This document shows positions 48,973 to 62,500 of a stretch of 64,000 nucleotides of DNA, piece by piece. Numbering within the stretch: position 1 is the stretch's first letter; each line of letters starts with the position of its first letter. The position numbers and the translations under genes are program-made. This stretch comes from Azolla caroliniana (lineage: Eukaryota; Plantae; Polypodiophyta). The stretch lies in contig JBHGNT010000017.1 of the NCBI GenBank assembly GCA_043228905.1, positions 7,254,001 through 7,318,000 of the forward strand. The letters are read 5' to 3'. The notes beneath the pieces are model-generated. The model was given only the letters and a program-made list of their open reading frames with translations. It was not told the DNA's origin and did no database searches.

Positions 48973-51900
48973 TGTTGTAATAAACTAATTAGTGTAAATA
49001 AGTAAATAAGAAAGTAAATACAAAACGTAACCTTATGATATGAAAAGGTGCACCCCAAAAATAGGGTGCACCTATAACCACCACATTCTCTCTCTGTGGT
49101 CGGTTGGTTGGTTGTAGAGAGAGAGACAAACACACATTATCATAAAAAACATTCTTTCTCCCTCTCTTTCTCTCTCTCCCTTTCTCCCTCTCTTTCTATT
49201 TCTCGTTTACCATATGGTATCAGAGCGGTGAAGGAGTCCAACCCCACCAAGATTTGTGTCGCGGTGTTAATAACGAACGTGCGAATTAAAGAAACGACTT
49301 TCGACCATGTCAAACGGTGGAGTGATAGCAAATGTGGCGGCAAATGCCGCCCAGGTATCGTCTCGCACTTATCATATTGAAAAATTGAATGATAAAAATT
49401 ATCAACCATGGCGTATGACCATGGAAATTATATTAGAACAACATGACTTGTTAAAAATCGTCAATGGAACCGACGTGTGCCCCGACCCCACAAATGCACT
49501 TGGTGTGCAAACATGGAAGCGGCGTGATTTAAACGCTCGCTTAGAACTTCTCCTTCATATGGAGGACACACTTAAGCAAAGTGTGAGAACCTTGACTACC
49601 TCCAAACAAATATGGGATAGATTAGAGGCTGATTACCTCCATACGGACGTTACGTCCCAAGTTGCAAATTTAAAAACATTAATAAATATGAATATGAATG
49701 AAAATGATGATGTTGATACATTCGTTAAAAATTGGAGACTTCGACTTGATGATGTAATCCTTTCAGGACTTAGTTTGCCAAGTTCCGTTCAATCTGCCCT
49801 CTTGTTAGCCGCCCTACCCCCATCATGGCAACCATTTATAAGTACAAAATCCACATCCGCCAACATTAGTGTCCCAACATTAGTTGCATCAATCTCACAA
49901 GAAAACATACTTCGTAGGGCAATAAATCAACCCTCCTCATCTCACACCGCACTTTATATCAAACATCCAAATTACAATAAAAAACCTTACAATAAACCTA
50001 AATCAACATACCAACCTAATAACTCCAAATTTTATTCACGAACCTCTAAATTTAACGATTCAAGGAATCATAACAAATCTAGGTTCCTTAGATCCTTTTG
50101 TAAAAATTGTCAAAGGAGCGGACATGAAACGAAAGATTGTTATAGGAATTCTAACAACGGGAAAAGAACATATAAAGAAGACCAATCTTATAATGCATCT
50201 CATGATGACTACGATCCAAATAATCACATATGTGATAATGACCAAAATTCCGATGAAGATAATGAAGATTCTTTCATTGCCTTCATGGCCCTCACTTCAT
50301 TTAACAATTCTCCCACTTCAACGTGGATTCTTGATACAGGTGCCACATGTCATCTCACCTCAAGAGTTGAATGGCTCAAAGACTATAAGGCCTTAGAACA
50401 TCCTTTCCCGGTTAGATTTGGGAACAATGGGGTTGAATATGCCCTTGGACATGGGACTGCTCATCTTGAACTTTCTGATGGGAACTTCATTGAAATCAAT
50501 GAAGTTTACTATATACCTAACATAGCCAAAAACTTGATATCTGTCAATAAACTCACGAATGATAATACATCCGTCGAGTTTTATCACAAATATTGTATCA
50601 TTCGTCATAAGACACCCTCTGGACGAGGCTATGTCGTCAATTGTCCAAGACAAGGATGTCTTTACCTTCTAGGCCGCTCTGTGGTACCTGCTGAAGAAGC
50701 ACACCACATAGATGATTCAAACACATCAAACTATATGACCTTATTATGGCACTATCGATTAGGTCACTTAAACCATCAAACAATGGTTCACATGGCCCGA
50801 CAACATATAGCAATTGGCTTTACTCTTCCTCGTAAATCGAAATTATCCCTTTGCGAAGGGTGTATATTTGGAAAACTTTCTAACTCGCCATTTCCATCCC
50901 ATCCTACAACGACCACCAAACCCCTCCAACTAGTACATACTCCAATTTTAAACACTAACTCTACGCAAACTAAACAAAGGCTTAATAAACAATTTAGCAC
51001 TCATAAGGAAAAGCCTTTAGATAGAACACAATTAACTCACATTGATTATTCAGGTTCCCATCCTATTCAAAATCTCTTGATCCCACTACGAAGATCCTCA
51101 CGCCTTAATGGTAAGGGGAAAACCAATGGTCACAATGATGCAAAAGTAATTAAAATAGGATGTAGAAATACCTCATATCCCACTAATAGTCAACATGTAG
51201 AAGATAAAAATTGTTGTGACAATGCGAAATCACCTAGTTCACTTAGCCCTACATCGACTCCAAAGAAAGTTCGTACTATTCAAGATCTTTATGATCACAC
51301 ACAAAAAATTGATGCCCTTGTTGCGGACCATCGATTTGAACCTGAGTTTGCTTTTTCGGCTCTTGGTTCCCCGACAACCACATCAGACGTCTCTGATGAT
51401 CCCTTAACTATCAATGAGGCATTGCAAAGTCCAGATCGTGTAGAATGGCAAGCCGCCATGGCAAAAGAACTTGAATCTCTTGAGGCCAATAAAACATGGA
51501 CTCTAGTACCACTCCCAATGGGACGCTCACCTATTTCATGCAAATGGGTGTTGAAGAAAAAACTAAACCCTGATGGTACTGTTGCACGTTACAAAGCTCG
51601 ACTTGTAGCTCGTGGTTTTTCTCAAGTTGAAGGACTTGACTATTCTGAGACTTTTTCACCCGTCCTCCGTATGGCATCTTTTCGGCTCCTAATGGCTCTA
51701 GCCACCATTCTTGATCTCGAAGTACATCATTTGGATGTACAAACGGCATTTCTACATGGTGATTTACCTGAGGAAATCTACATGTCCCAACCTCCTGGGT
51801 TTGAGTCACAATCTCAACCAAACTATGTGTGTCGATTACATCGATCACTTTATGGACTCAAACAATCTCCTAGGTTATGGTTTCAAAAATTTAACAATTT

Positions 51901-53238
51901 TATGCTCTCACATGGCTATTCTAGATTGTTATCAGAACCAAATATATACATTAGACATAATCATTCATCTAATCGGTTGTTAGTGGTAGCATTATATGTT
52001 GATGACATTCCTATAGTCGGAACACCATCTGAAATTACTCAAGCAAAGCTAGAGCTTTCCAAAGCATTTTCAATAACAGATTTAGGTCCCCTATCTTATT
52101 TCCTAGGCATGCAAGTTACGCGTAATCGTAGTATGGGCACCTTGATCATTCATCAAAACAAATTCATTAATGAAATTTTGAAATCCTTCGGAATGCTAAA
52201 CATTAAACCTTGCACTACTCCCTTATCATTAACATGTAACTTAAGCATATCTGATAGTCCAACCACAAAAAGAGATATTAATTTTATGCAACAATTTCCT
52301 TTTAAACAATTAATAGGAAAACTTCGATATTTAGTCACAGGGACTCGTCCTGACCTTTGTTTTGCAATTAACTATCTTTCACGCTTTATGCATAACCCTG
52401 GTCTTATGCATTGGAAATCACTTCAACGAGTTATGCGATATTTAAAACACACATCTAACTATGGATTAACATATAAACGATCCCAATCCGAAAGACCAAT
52501 CAAATCACTTGTTGGTTGGTCTGATTCGGATTGGGGGGGGGACATTGATTCTCGTAGATCTACTGCTGGGTTTTCTTTTATAATGGCAGGAGCAGCAGTG
52601 ACGTGGCAATCGAAAAAACAAGAATCTGTGACACTCTCATCTGCTGAAGCTGAGTTCGTAGCAGTGGCATTGGCTGCTAAAGAAGGATTATGGTTGCAAA
52701 CAGTGATAAAAGAACTCCAACTATGTGGACCACTCCAATTGAAAATCTTCTGCGACAATATATCATGCATCTACTTAACGAAGAATCCAAAGCACTCAGA
52801 GAAAACAAAACATGTGGATTTAAAATATCACTTTATACGAGAGTTAGCCGAAGAAAACAAGCTTACATTAGAGTTTACATCAACAAATCATATGTGGGCT
52901 GATTTTCTAACAAAGGCTCTCCCTCCGGACAAATTTGAAACTTGTTGTGAAAATTTAGGATTACAACGGTTCACAACTAATTAGTTTATGGGGGGGTGTT
53001 GTAATAAACTAATTAGTGTAAATAAGTAAATAAGAAAGTAAATACAAAACGTAACCTTATGATATGAAAAGGTGCACCCCAAAAATAGGGTGCACCTATA
53101 ACCACCACATTCTCTCTCTGTGGTCGGTTGGTTGGTTGTAGAGAGAGAGACAAACACACATTATCATAAAAAACATTCTTTCTCCCTCTCTTTCTCTCTC
53201 TCCCTTTCTCCCTCTCTTTCTATTTCTCGTTTACCATA
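48973..53238 (+). mobile_element. Young Ty1/Copia element J with non-canonical TG...TA LTRs
   Basis: 242-bp LTRs 48973-49214 and 52997-53238 with no difference seen. Perfect TSD CTAAA. PBS TGGTATCAGAGC at 49215; G-run PPT. The empty site TTCCTAAAGGAATC is at ~36152 in unit B. Confidence 0.96.
49307..52984 (+). CDS. Copia Gag-Pol polyprotein (1225 aa) lacking the integrase catalytic core
   Basis: Zinc knuckle CKNCQRSGHETKDC; protease WILDTGAT; HHCC motif WHYRLGH...CEGC; RT YVDD; RNase H KHVDLKYHFIRE. No D,D(35)E region follows PLQLVH. Confidence 0.92.
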   Translation: MSNGGVIANVAANAAQVSSRTYHIEKLNDKNYQPWRMTMEIILEQHDLLKIVNGTDVCPDPTNALGVQTWKRRDLNARLELLLHMEDTLKQSVRTLTTSKQIWDRLEADYLHTDVTSQVANLKTLINMNMNENDDVDTFVKNWRLRLDDVILSGLSLPSSVQSALLLAALPPSWQPFISTKSTSANISVPTLVASISQENILRRAINQPSSSHTALYIKHPNYNKKPYNKPKSTYQPNNSKFYSRTSKFNDSRNHNKSRFLRSFCKNCQRSGHETKDCYRNSNNGKRTYKEDQSYNASHDDYDPNNHICDNDQNSDEDNEDSFIAFMALTSFNNSPTSTWILDTGATCHLTSRVEWLKDYKALEHPFPVRFGNNGVEYALGHGTAHLELSDGNFIEINEVYYIPNIAKNLISVNKLTNDNTSVEFYHKYCIIRHKTPSGRGYVVNCPRQGCLYLLGRSVVPAEEAHHIDDSNTSNYMTLLWHYRLGHLNHQTMVHMARQHIAIGFTLPRKSKLSLCEGCIFGKLSNSPFPSHPTTTTKPLQLVHTPILNTNSTQTKQRLNKQFSTHKEKPLDRTQLTHIDYSGSHPIQNLLIPLRRSSRLNGKGKTNGHNDAKVIKIGCRNTSYPTNSQHVEDKNCCDNAKSPSSLSPTSTPKKVRTIQDLYDHTQKIDALVADHRFEPEFAFSALGSPTTTSDVSDDPLTINEALQSPDRVEWQAAMAKELESLEANKTWTLVPLPMGRSPISCKWVLKKKLNPDGTVARYKARLVARGFSQVEGLDYSETFSPVLRMASFRLLMALATILDLEVHHLDVQTAFLHGDLPEEIYMSQPPGFESQSQPNYVCRLHRSLYGLKQSPRLWFQKFNNFMLSHGYSRLLSEPNIYIRHNHSSNRLLVVALYVDDIPIVGTPSEITQAKLELSKAFSITDLGPLSYFLGMQVTRNRSMGTLIIHQNKFINEILKSFGMLNIKPCTTPLSLTCNLSISDSPTTKRDINFMQQFPFKQLIGKLRYLVTGTRPDLCFAINYLSRFMHNPGLMHWKSLQRVMRYLKHTSNYGLTYKRSQSERPIKSLVGWSDSDWGGDIDSRRSTAGFSFIMAGAAVTWQSKKQESVTLSSAEAEFVAVALAAKEGLWLQTVIKELQLCGPLQLKIFCDNISCIYLTKNPKHSEKTKHVDLKYHFIRELAEENKLTLEFTSTNHMWADFLTKALPPDKFETCCENLGLQRFTTN

Positions 53239-53836
53239 CTAAAGGAATCAAGAGAGGATGGCGTATTGTAAATGTGAAAAACAAGGAGCAACTACCTAAC
53301 AATCAAAGGAATTTATTGGTTCTCACAATATATCGTCGCTATGTAAGGGGATGTCAAGAATTGATGTCTGGTGGGCCAAATTTGGCCTTAGAAGAGTCAA
53401 GACTTAATATATCTTTCTCTTTCTTTCTTTCTTTCTTTACATAGGCCTCACATGGGAAATGTAGTATATATCTTTTTTCATTGTTAGTAGCTATAGTTAA
53501 GGTGAGAAGATTGGTGCGTGAACTTGTGATCCACAGTGAATGAATATAGAAGCTTGTAAAGATGGTAAACCTTTGTTGTACAATATTTGATGGGATGATG
53601 ATAATAATAATACGTTATGAGCTTGTATAGATGATAAAACTTTGTGTGCAATATTGATGGGATGATAATAATAATACGTTATGAACTTCCAAAGAAGTAC
53701 ATGTTACAAGAGCTACAATGTTTAAGAGTGAGAATTTAATAATAAATTTAAGAGTAACAAAATTCAAATGCATTTGCCTGATGCCATTTTATTTTCACCC
53801 ACTTATTCTCCTCCCAATCCCAATGACATCGCATTC

Positions 53837-55158
53837 TTATGAAGCGTTATTAGCTGCAGCACTAATAATGATAAGGATAATCCCAATGATGCTCTGCAAG
53901 AAAACAAATCGAGCCATTTAGCGCGTTTGAAGGTGTATGATGTATAATTAAATCCATACCCGAATTCATGACAAATCTACATGTAGTGAGTGTCTGGGAG
54001 GTTCATCACATACATACATGCAATGGCATTGCGAACTTTAAAATCGAATCATTCCAATGTCTAAGGCCATATTTTATCGAAAAATCTACTCACCATTATG
54101 ACGCATCCGAGAAGGCCAGGCTTGTCGGTTGGTTTATGCGGTATACAGTACATGATCGCGCCCACAATCCAGGCGGGATATAAGAACCACCCAATACCAA
54201 ACCTACACACACACACACACACACACACACAACATGTTAGACACAATGCAGGAGAACAGATTATAATTGCAAGTATGTGAACCTTGTACACTTTCTCTCT
54301 AATCCAATTGAATTTCCAAAGATGCATTAAACATATTGTTGCAATGTTGCCCATCTGAACTTATATACAAGCGTTTTTTTGTTTTTTTGCTTTTGTTTTT
54401 GTAGCCGATTGAATGGTTGTCCCACATATTAGGCTTATTATGTCAATTTAGTATCAAGATTTGTTGGTTGATGGTTACACCATTACTTACAATATCCAGC
54501 CGATTCCACATACGCATCCTGGTTCGGCATTAGCTGCTTCGGCATTGGTTGCTGTGGTATTCTGGATAATAATTTGAGGCCCTACAAGGAAAACAAAAGG
54601 AACCTTATCCTCTCAGAAACATGAATAAGATATGAATGAATGGAGAATGTATGGAATCCAGGCGAAGAAGAAGAAGAAGAAGATCTGGAGACATATGAAA
54701 GATAGGTAGGTAAAGAGATGTGTGAAAGGAATGAGGATAGCTTATACGATATAATCAATGCGAAGAAAGCAAAATAAGGAGGAGTAATTTGAGAAACAAA
54801 AAAAAAGATAAAGGGAATTAGGGTTGTGGGGATGATGACCAGGTTCAGGGGGATATCCGGGAACAGGTTGTTGTTGTTGTGCAGGAGGAGGAGGAGCAGC
54901 AGGAGCAGCAGGAGCAGGAACGCCATAGCTGTAGTTCATGCTTGTCGGATCCATGGCGGCAGCAGCAGCAGCAGGGGCGGGGTTTTGGTGGGGATCTGCA
55001 TATTGACCAACATTATCGTATTGTTGATATTGAGGAGGAGGGTAGGAGGAGGGATAAGCTGCAGGTTTTCCATCCATTGTCTCATCGTATTGTTGATATT
55101 GAGGAGGAGGAGGAGTTGGTGGGTAGGAGGAAGGATAAGCTGCAGGTTTTCCATCCAT
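53837..55158 (-). CDS. Second copy of the 'RPL18a-like' membrane protein gene; exons 55158-54840, 54581-54491, 54202-54094, 53893-53837
   Basis: Same splice sites as the first copy. The only coding differences I saw are synonymous (GCG/GCC in exon 3, ATT/ATC in exon 4). Confidence 0.82.
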
Positions 55159-56016
55159 TTTTGAGTTGGTTTCCTTCCTAAAGCCAAGTAAATGTATGTA
55201 TTCTTCAGGCTTTGGACAATGATGAACTAAGACAAAAAGACAACCTGGGACTTTCAATCCTGTATTAGGTATATATATATAGTATATTACCTATGTAAGA
55301 TCAAATCAATAATGGGACTTTCAAACCTATGTGTATGTGTACACATGTGTATGTGTTAGGGCATTTGACCTTGTTCTCTACATAACATGTGCTTTACAAA
55401 TCACTCTCTCAAACCCAGAGTTTTGAAAAGCGATGACACAAGTTCTGAAAGCGATCCCGTCGCCGCCGTGCCTCCTCGTTGGGGAGCCCTCTTCTTATGA
55501 TGCAATCACCTTTATGTGCCTCAAATATCAAAGCCAAAAGTGCCTTTTTGCTAGAAAACGTCATTGTGTGTCTAGCTCTTCCCTATGTACGACAAAGTCT
55601 TCGTTTGCTTTTTATAACCAAATAAAATCGGTCTCTCCCTCTCTCTTGCCTTCTTTCGAAAAGAAAACTGAATGTTTACTTTCACAATCATTTGAAAAGC
55701 TCTCTCTCTCTTGACAACCCAACTGATGTGGTAAGCATCCTTAAAAGATATATGCTCCAGCTAAATAAACTGTGGCCTAGGCAAACAAAGTCAACTTCAG
55801 GACCACAACACAATTTCATCAAAACCAAATCATGGGTTTCATGATCTAACAAGCATTATTCCCCTCTTAGTTGGAATTTGTAGACCCTTTTGGCTGCATC
55901 AACGTGGTTTAATTATGTTAAATATTATATAGTTAAGTGCGAATGAGTATGTCACAATATCAAACTTCGGAGTTCACTTATAGCAGTATCATAAGTTGGA
56001 TAAGAAACCATGAAAA

Positions 56017-56570
56017 TGTAAGGAATAACGTGGAATACTGCTCGGCCTCAATCGAGTCTTAGATCACTTCCTTTAAGGGTCAAACACACAAATAGGAATA
56101 GAGATGAATACTTGTACACACGCGAACAATAGAGAGTACACTAGATGTTTACGTAGAAAACCCTAATAGGGAAAAACCACGGGAGCCCACACACTCCAAA
56201 CTATCACTATATAAGGAAGGTACAATTATCAGAGACTCGGAAGCAATGACCTCAAGTTCTATGTCTTCGCCAACCAGCGGTTACAACAGAGGTCGCTCTG
56301 TATCTCCTCTCTCACTATACAACAGTTATGCACATACAACAATATGACCACACGCAAAGTGATTGCCCTAAGTCATATTTATACTCATATGAACTTAGGG
56401 CTATTTACAAATATAGCCTCAATAGGCTTACTCAAAACATATTTACAAATATGTCATGTCTTTCGGTTCTCACCAAGTCCACCCGATCCGGTTTCTAGAT
56501 CTCTTCCGGTTCTCACTGGGTCCTTTTCATTCATAACTGGATCCCATTCGGAGGGACCGAATTCCCAACA
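56017..56570 (-). mobile_element. Complete Tnt1-family solo LTR
   Basis: TG...CA ends, perfect TSD GAAAA (56012-56016 / 56571-56575), similar to the LTR at 24674-25178. Absent from unit A. Confidence 0.9.
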
Positions 56571-59500
56571 GAAAATTAGAATAACCACATGAACCACATT
56601 TCTCCTCAAGAATCCCAATCTTTTGTAAGCCTATACAAGCGTGATCAAGGCACTGCAATATACTACGAGATTCATTTTCTAATTTATAATTGTGTTATTG
56701 AATTCTTTTCTTTTGCATTGTGATTAAGAAACCTACATCGATGGAACTTGGTTGTTAGCCATGAGGAAAATATACAACACAAGTTGGTGAGGTGCTGAGT
56801 GGGAGCATGGGCAATGGATTTTTCAGGAAAACATGAGGAGACATTGCATTGTGATTAAGAAACCTACGTCGATGGAACTTGATTCTTAAATCTAAAAGTA
56901 AAAAGTTCAATCTCAATCTCTCTTTCTCAATCTCTCTTAAATACTTTCTCGCTAAAACTAGTATAAACTTCGAATCCTTCCGGTCTAGAACCCCAGCAGT
57001 TCAGCCTCACGATCCGCGCCTAGTGACGGATCTTCACGACAACGCGGCACACGGAGGTGCTGGAGCGGGAACATCAGCACGGAGATAGGTTGTCGGTTCA
57101 GGTGAGGGATCCTCCACACTGGTTTCGGAGACCTTGGGAGTTCGGACGCCCTGGCAATGTAAGACCAAGGAGAAGGTAGGTGGCAATGAGGGGACGAAGG
57201 CGATGGAGATCTGCGCGAAATGAGAACCGGGACGACGCTAAGGTCGACGGAGGCCAATTGGGCCAACATGGGTGCTCCTTGGATGGAGGACACCACATAT
57301 CCGAAGGGATGAGAGTCATGCATATAGTCGAAGGAAGGGCCAACGGGGAAGCACGTGCACTATGGGATCGCGGAGAACGACCTATCGACGGGTTGAACAA
57401 GCTTACGTTGAGGCAAACGCGGAGAAGGAACTGGAGCCGACAGTTCGGACCGGCGAGGGCAACGTGGTAGCCGTAATGCGGATTACAAAAGACCGGTTCC
57501 TCACCGGCCGGAATCTCTCACACTTCTCTGAACTTGGCACGTATCGGTGGACGTGCGGTTTGGTGGGGGCGGATGTCGTGAAGATTTCGGGCCATGGTGA
57601 GAAACTGGGGAATATCAGAGGAATCGGCGGGGTCGAGCATGTGCACTCACCCTTGTAGAAATCGTGTAAATGATAGGGGCGCCATCATGGCAACAAACAA
57701 TAGTTAATTCGGGACAGAGGATCCCATGTAATAAGGGATTTATCCCACATTGTTACGCATCCCTCTCCTTGGTCTATAAAAGGAAGGGAGTGCCCTTTGT
57801 AAAAGGGGTTGCCCATTTTTGAGTCATAAGGGTATACCATTTTGGTCGAGGGTCATTTTGTTAAGAATTTTGTAGGGTTAGTAACTTTTTGGTAGTCTTC
57901 TTCTTCTTCTCCTTCTTGAGAAGTTGGGCGCGGTAGCCATGGCAGCAAAGCTCTATTAGGGTTAAGGTCTTCTTCTTCTTTTGGGTGAAGCCCGGTTTGC
58001 AATCGGGGTTGTATCTTCCCCTTTACATACATATATTCTTTGTCTTCTCTTCGTCTTGGTGTGTGGGTGTGTTGCCTTTGTTTTCTATTAGGGTTTCAGC
58101 GTCTTCTGTGTGCGTGTGTAGGTGGTGTAATCAGTTGTGGCAAGCGGTGTGCGGACTGTCTGTGTTTTCCCTTTGAGTTCTTGTTGTTGGCTCTCAACAC
58201 TCTACGGTTTGGCATGTTTGTGAGTGTGTGTGTAGGTGTTGGCTTCAGTTGCTTGCGCGGAGCCGTGCACTAGGTGGTTCGTGGGCAGGTTCCCCTCCTT
58301 GGCACGCAAGACCCCACTCGGTTCAGCGAGCCTGTGCGCTCCCTGAAGGCGGCTTGGCATAGGAGGCGATCGTACTGGAAGAGGCGTGCCCTGCACGATG
58401 GTCCCATTGCGCGAACGAGCCGAGAGCTCCCCGGGCGGCCCTAGGATGCAAGCTCCCTCTTCCTCTCCAAGTGGAGATGGCGTCCCAACAAGCGTAGCGT
58501 GTGTACGTGTGCGTGTGTCTTCAGGTAGCGTTGGGTCTGAGAGTGGGTGCGTGTGTGGTCATCGGTGTAGACGTGCCGGTTGTAACCGGGTGTGTATATG
58601 TGCGTGTGCGTGTGTGGGCGCGGTTAACCGGGCCGTGTCCCTTGCCTCTTGTATATACGGGCGAAAGGGGCGGCAAGGACGAAGGGTGTGCTCTCTCGCT
58701 TCCCGTGTAGTTACCGGTCGCGTCCGGTGAGTATCCGGGATCGAACTGGCCGACAATGCGGCAAGCTCCGAAGGATTTGGGTCCCCGACAACTCCTCCCC
58801 TCCTGGTCCATGACCCTGGTGGTCTCGCCCGGATCCGACATGCAAGCGCAGATTTCCGCGACAACGTAAGCGTCGTCATCAACACCTCAGACCAAAACAT
58901 CTTGGGTAACTTGGCATGTGGGAGCATGCTTTAGACACTCTCCACTATGGTTTGGTTCATCCTTTTGGTCAACCCGTTTAGTTCTGGCGTCGTCGGCATG
59001 GTAAATTCGAGCCGGATTCCCTTCAACCGGTAGTACTCCTTGAACTACCCTTGTATTCTCCTCCGTTATCTGCTCAAACAGCCTTCAGCTTCCAGCTGGT
59101 TTCTCTTTCCACTCTAGCGTGGATCTCCTTGAAGAAGAATAACACCAGATCCTTTGTCTTCAGTGGTGAGACCCAAAGCTTCCGGTTGTGGTCGTCTATG
59201 AACGTCACGAAGTACTGCGATCTGACATGTGACTTTGTGTCCACTTCACACGCATCGGTATGCACCAGTTCTAGTGGTGCATTCTGTCTCATCGGTGGTT
59301 TTGACCGGAAGGAGGTTCGATGTTGCTTATTGGCCGAGCAATCAGTGCACTTCTCAAGATGCACATTCATCACCGGAATGAGATTGTTTTCGGCAAGTCT
59401 TTTCATCCTCTTCTTACTCATGTGATATAGTCTTTTGTGCCACAGCTCACCGGCAATGTCGGATGCAACGTTCATTTCTTCTCGGCATATCCGAGCATTC

Positions 59501-62500
59501 ATCAGGTACAATGTGTTTACTTTTCGGGCTTGAGCCACTATTAGACTCCCTTTGCTGAACTTCATAACTCCGTTCCGGATGCTACCCGTGTAGCCTTCAT
59601 CATCTAGCCGACAGGATGATATGGTGGATTAGGTGGCGACAATAGTTCGATTGAAAGAAATGGACATGCTCAAAATGGAGGAATCTGATTGATCACCGTA
59701 GCTGAAATCTCCCACTCTCCCTTCTTGGCATGTACCAAAGGATGTGCGGTTTAGTGGGGGTGGATGTCGTGAAGATTTTCGGCAACTGTGTGAAAATTGC
59801 ATGGAATGTACAAAATCGAGTGTGGTTCTTCACACACAATATAAAACAATAATAGTGAAGATATTCTTTTATATTAGTTTAATATCTTCGTACGAAAAGA
59901 TGGATGTCTTGAAGAGCTTCCGAATGCACTTTACTACATTTGAAACGGACAACTAAATGTCAAGTTATGTGAGTGTGAAGTTTAAGAAGAAGAAGAGAAA
60001 AACAAAATTGTGATATATCCCATATAGATAGGACAAATCAGGATCCCACATTATATAAGGAGAGCCAGAACTTATTATTATTTTTCAATATCTGGAGAAT
60101 AGAATGTGGAAGGTGACTTGGGCTAAACTACATGTAATGGTTTTGGGGAACCGGGACCAGACAGACGGCAACAGAACCAAACCGGACGGACGACGACAAA
60201 ATCAGATTTGGACCAGACTCGACGAAATGCAGATCAAATAGGTCGGGACCGGATAGATGGATCGGCCGGGTCGGTCGGGTAGGTTGATCGCGTCGCACGG
60301 TGTCTTGAAGATTTCGGTGTGAAACGAAAAAGCCAAGTCATTTCTTCAAGTTATATTTTTATCATTGTACTTTCACACCGAAATTCTCATACATGAGAGC
60401 TTGAATGAGTGACATGGTTATCATGCAACACATGTAATGCATGAGCGCCAAATGGCAAACATACATCTCATGCGTTTCATGCATCACATGTATGTCTTGC
60501 ACCCTCACATGCATTGCATGGGGCCATCTATAAAAGACGGGAGGAGGGAGAAAAACTGAGCTATGTATTAATCAAGCATTTAATAAGAAGAAAATTCGTT
60601 ATCCAATTGATGATATATCTTGTTCCTCAAATCTAAAGTCAATGGTTCAATCTTAATCTCTCTCTCCATTTCAATCTCTCTCAATCTAAAGTCAAGCGTT
60701 CTATCTTATCTCAATCTCTCTCTCTTTCAATCTATCTTAAATACTTTCTTGCTAAAGCTAGTGCAAACTTCGAATCCTTCCGGTGCAAAACCCCGGCGGT
60801 TCCGCCTCACAATCTGCACATAGTGATGGATTTTCACGACAACGTTTGTTTCTTAACTTGTAGAAACTTCCTAAGAAAATGTTTTGGACATTTTCAAACT
60901 CTTTCAAGTAGATTTAGGGATGCTCCCACCCCATACTTCCACCAAGCACCGGTGCCACCAAAGTGTCGAAAAGGTATTTCTTGAGGACCCAACACTTAAT
61001 ATCTCCACGATTGCATGTCGAAAAGGTATTTCTTGAGGACCCAACACCAATAGTGCTATCGAAAAAATCTGAAAGTTTATCGCTCATACGCACACAACAT
61101 ATAAACTTCTCATATATTCGGGAGATTGCAAACATATATTCACTTGGCACCTTGTGTTCTTCCATTCGCCTCCAAAGATGGTCACGAGGTACCATATCAA
61201 AAGTTTTCTTAAAGTCTACAAAGCAACAATATAAACCTTTACCTCCAAGGCGACTTTCCTCCATTAATACTAGCAGGGTGATATGTAACTCAATTGTAAG
61301 GTTGTCCAATGGAGACCAAGAGGTCATGTGTTCAACCGCTACATCCCACAGGGACATCTAGTGAATTAAGAGATATGTATGAAGTATATGTTACTAGCTT
61401 AGGATAACACGATGCTAGACGCTCGTTCCTTCGGTATCCGGCTCAAGGTCTTGTGGTACGGAGATGGTGGTATAGGATAGTTCGTTGCCTTAGCAAAATC
61501 CAAAACGCGTACAGGTAGGATCACTTGTGCACCTACACGAATCAAACTATTGCGATTGTGGTTACTGTGGAGATTGGGAGCCGAGTTGGCTATAACCGAA
61601 TGGTTATCTATACAATACACAGAGTACTTAAAGAAACTCAACATAGATAAGACTCTCAACACAGAGACAGAGACATAGTATAAACAAAATCAGTTTTCTA
61701 TTAGAAGACACGACTTAATATGATGTACAATTGATTACCCTTTACACTCTTCCCATGCCCAATTTTAGAGGGATCCTGGGTGGTTACGTTTAGAACGTGA
61801 ACCGCTACTACTAATAATATTTTGTGTCGTTTAAGTTTTTCCTCTTCACTCTTCAGTCCTCATCTGACACTACTCGTCTTCTATTTGACCCGTAACTATC
61901 CTTTAGCCTTTTCACACCTGGGTCATTCAGACCGACCAACAATATATAATAGAGAGGTGAGAAAATTGGGTTTCGAGCCTAAGACATAGTGTTTATAGTA
62001 TGACATCGAACCCAAGATGTAGTGTATGAAAACTTACCAATAGGATAAGCTAATTATGAGAGAGAGAGAGAGAGAGATGTAGCTCAGTTTGTAAGGTTGC
62101 TCAATGGAGACCAGGTTGTCATAGGTTGAACCCTTACATTCCATGGTGGCATTTAGTGAATTAAGAGATATATTTATATGAAGTATATAATAGAGAGAAG
62201 TGAGAAATTTGGGTTTCGAACCCAAGACGCAATGCTTGAAGTGTTAACAATTTATCACTAGGATAAGCTAATTACGATAAAGAGAGAGAGAGAGTGCTCC
62301 TTTCGCCCTCTTCATTGCAAGACAATTCACAAGTTTGTTGAATGTTCTATAGGTTATATCATTTTGAAGTACTTATCAAAGGTTTGACAAGTCATATCCG
62401 AGTGTATTTAATGCCTGAATTATTGAATTTTGCTCAGTATGTTCCAAATGGTTCAAATTTTTATGATATTGGGGGTTGCAACACATGTGGAAGGCATGAG

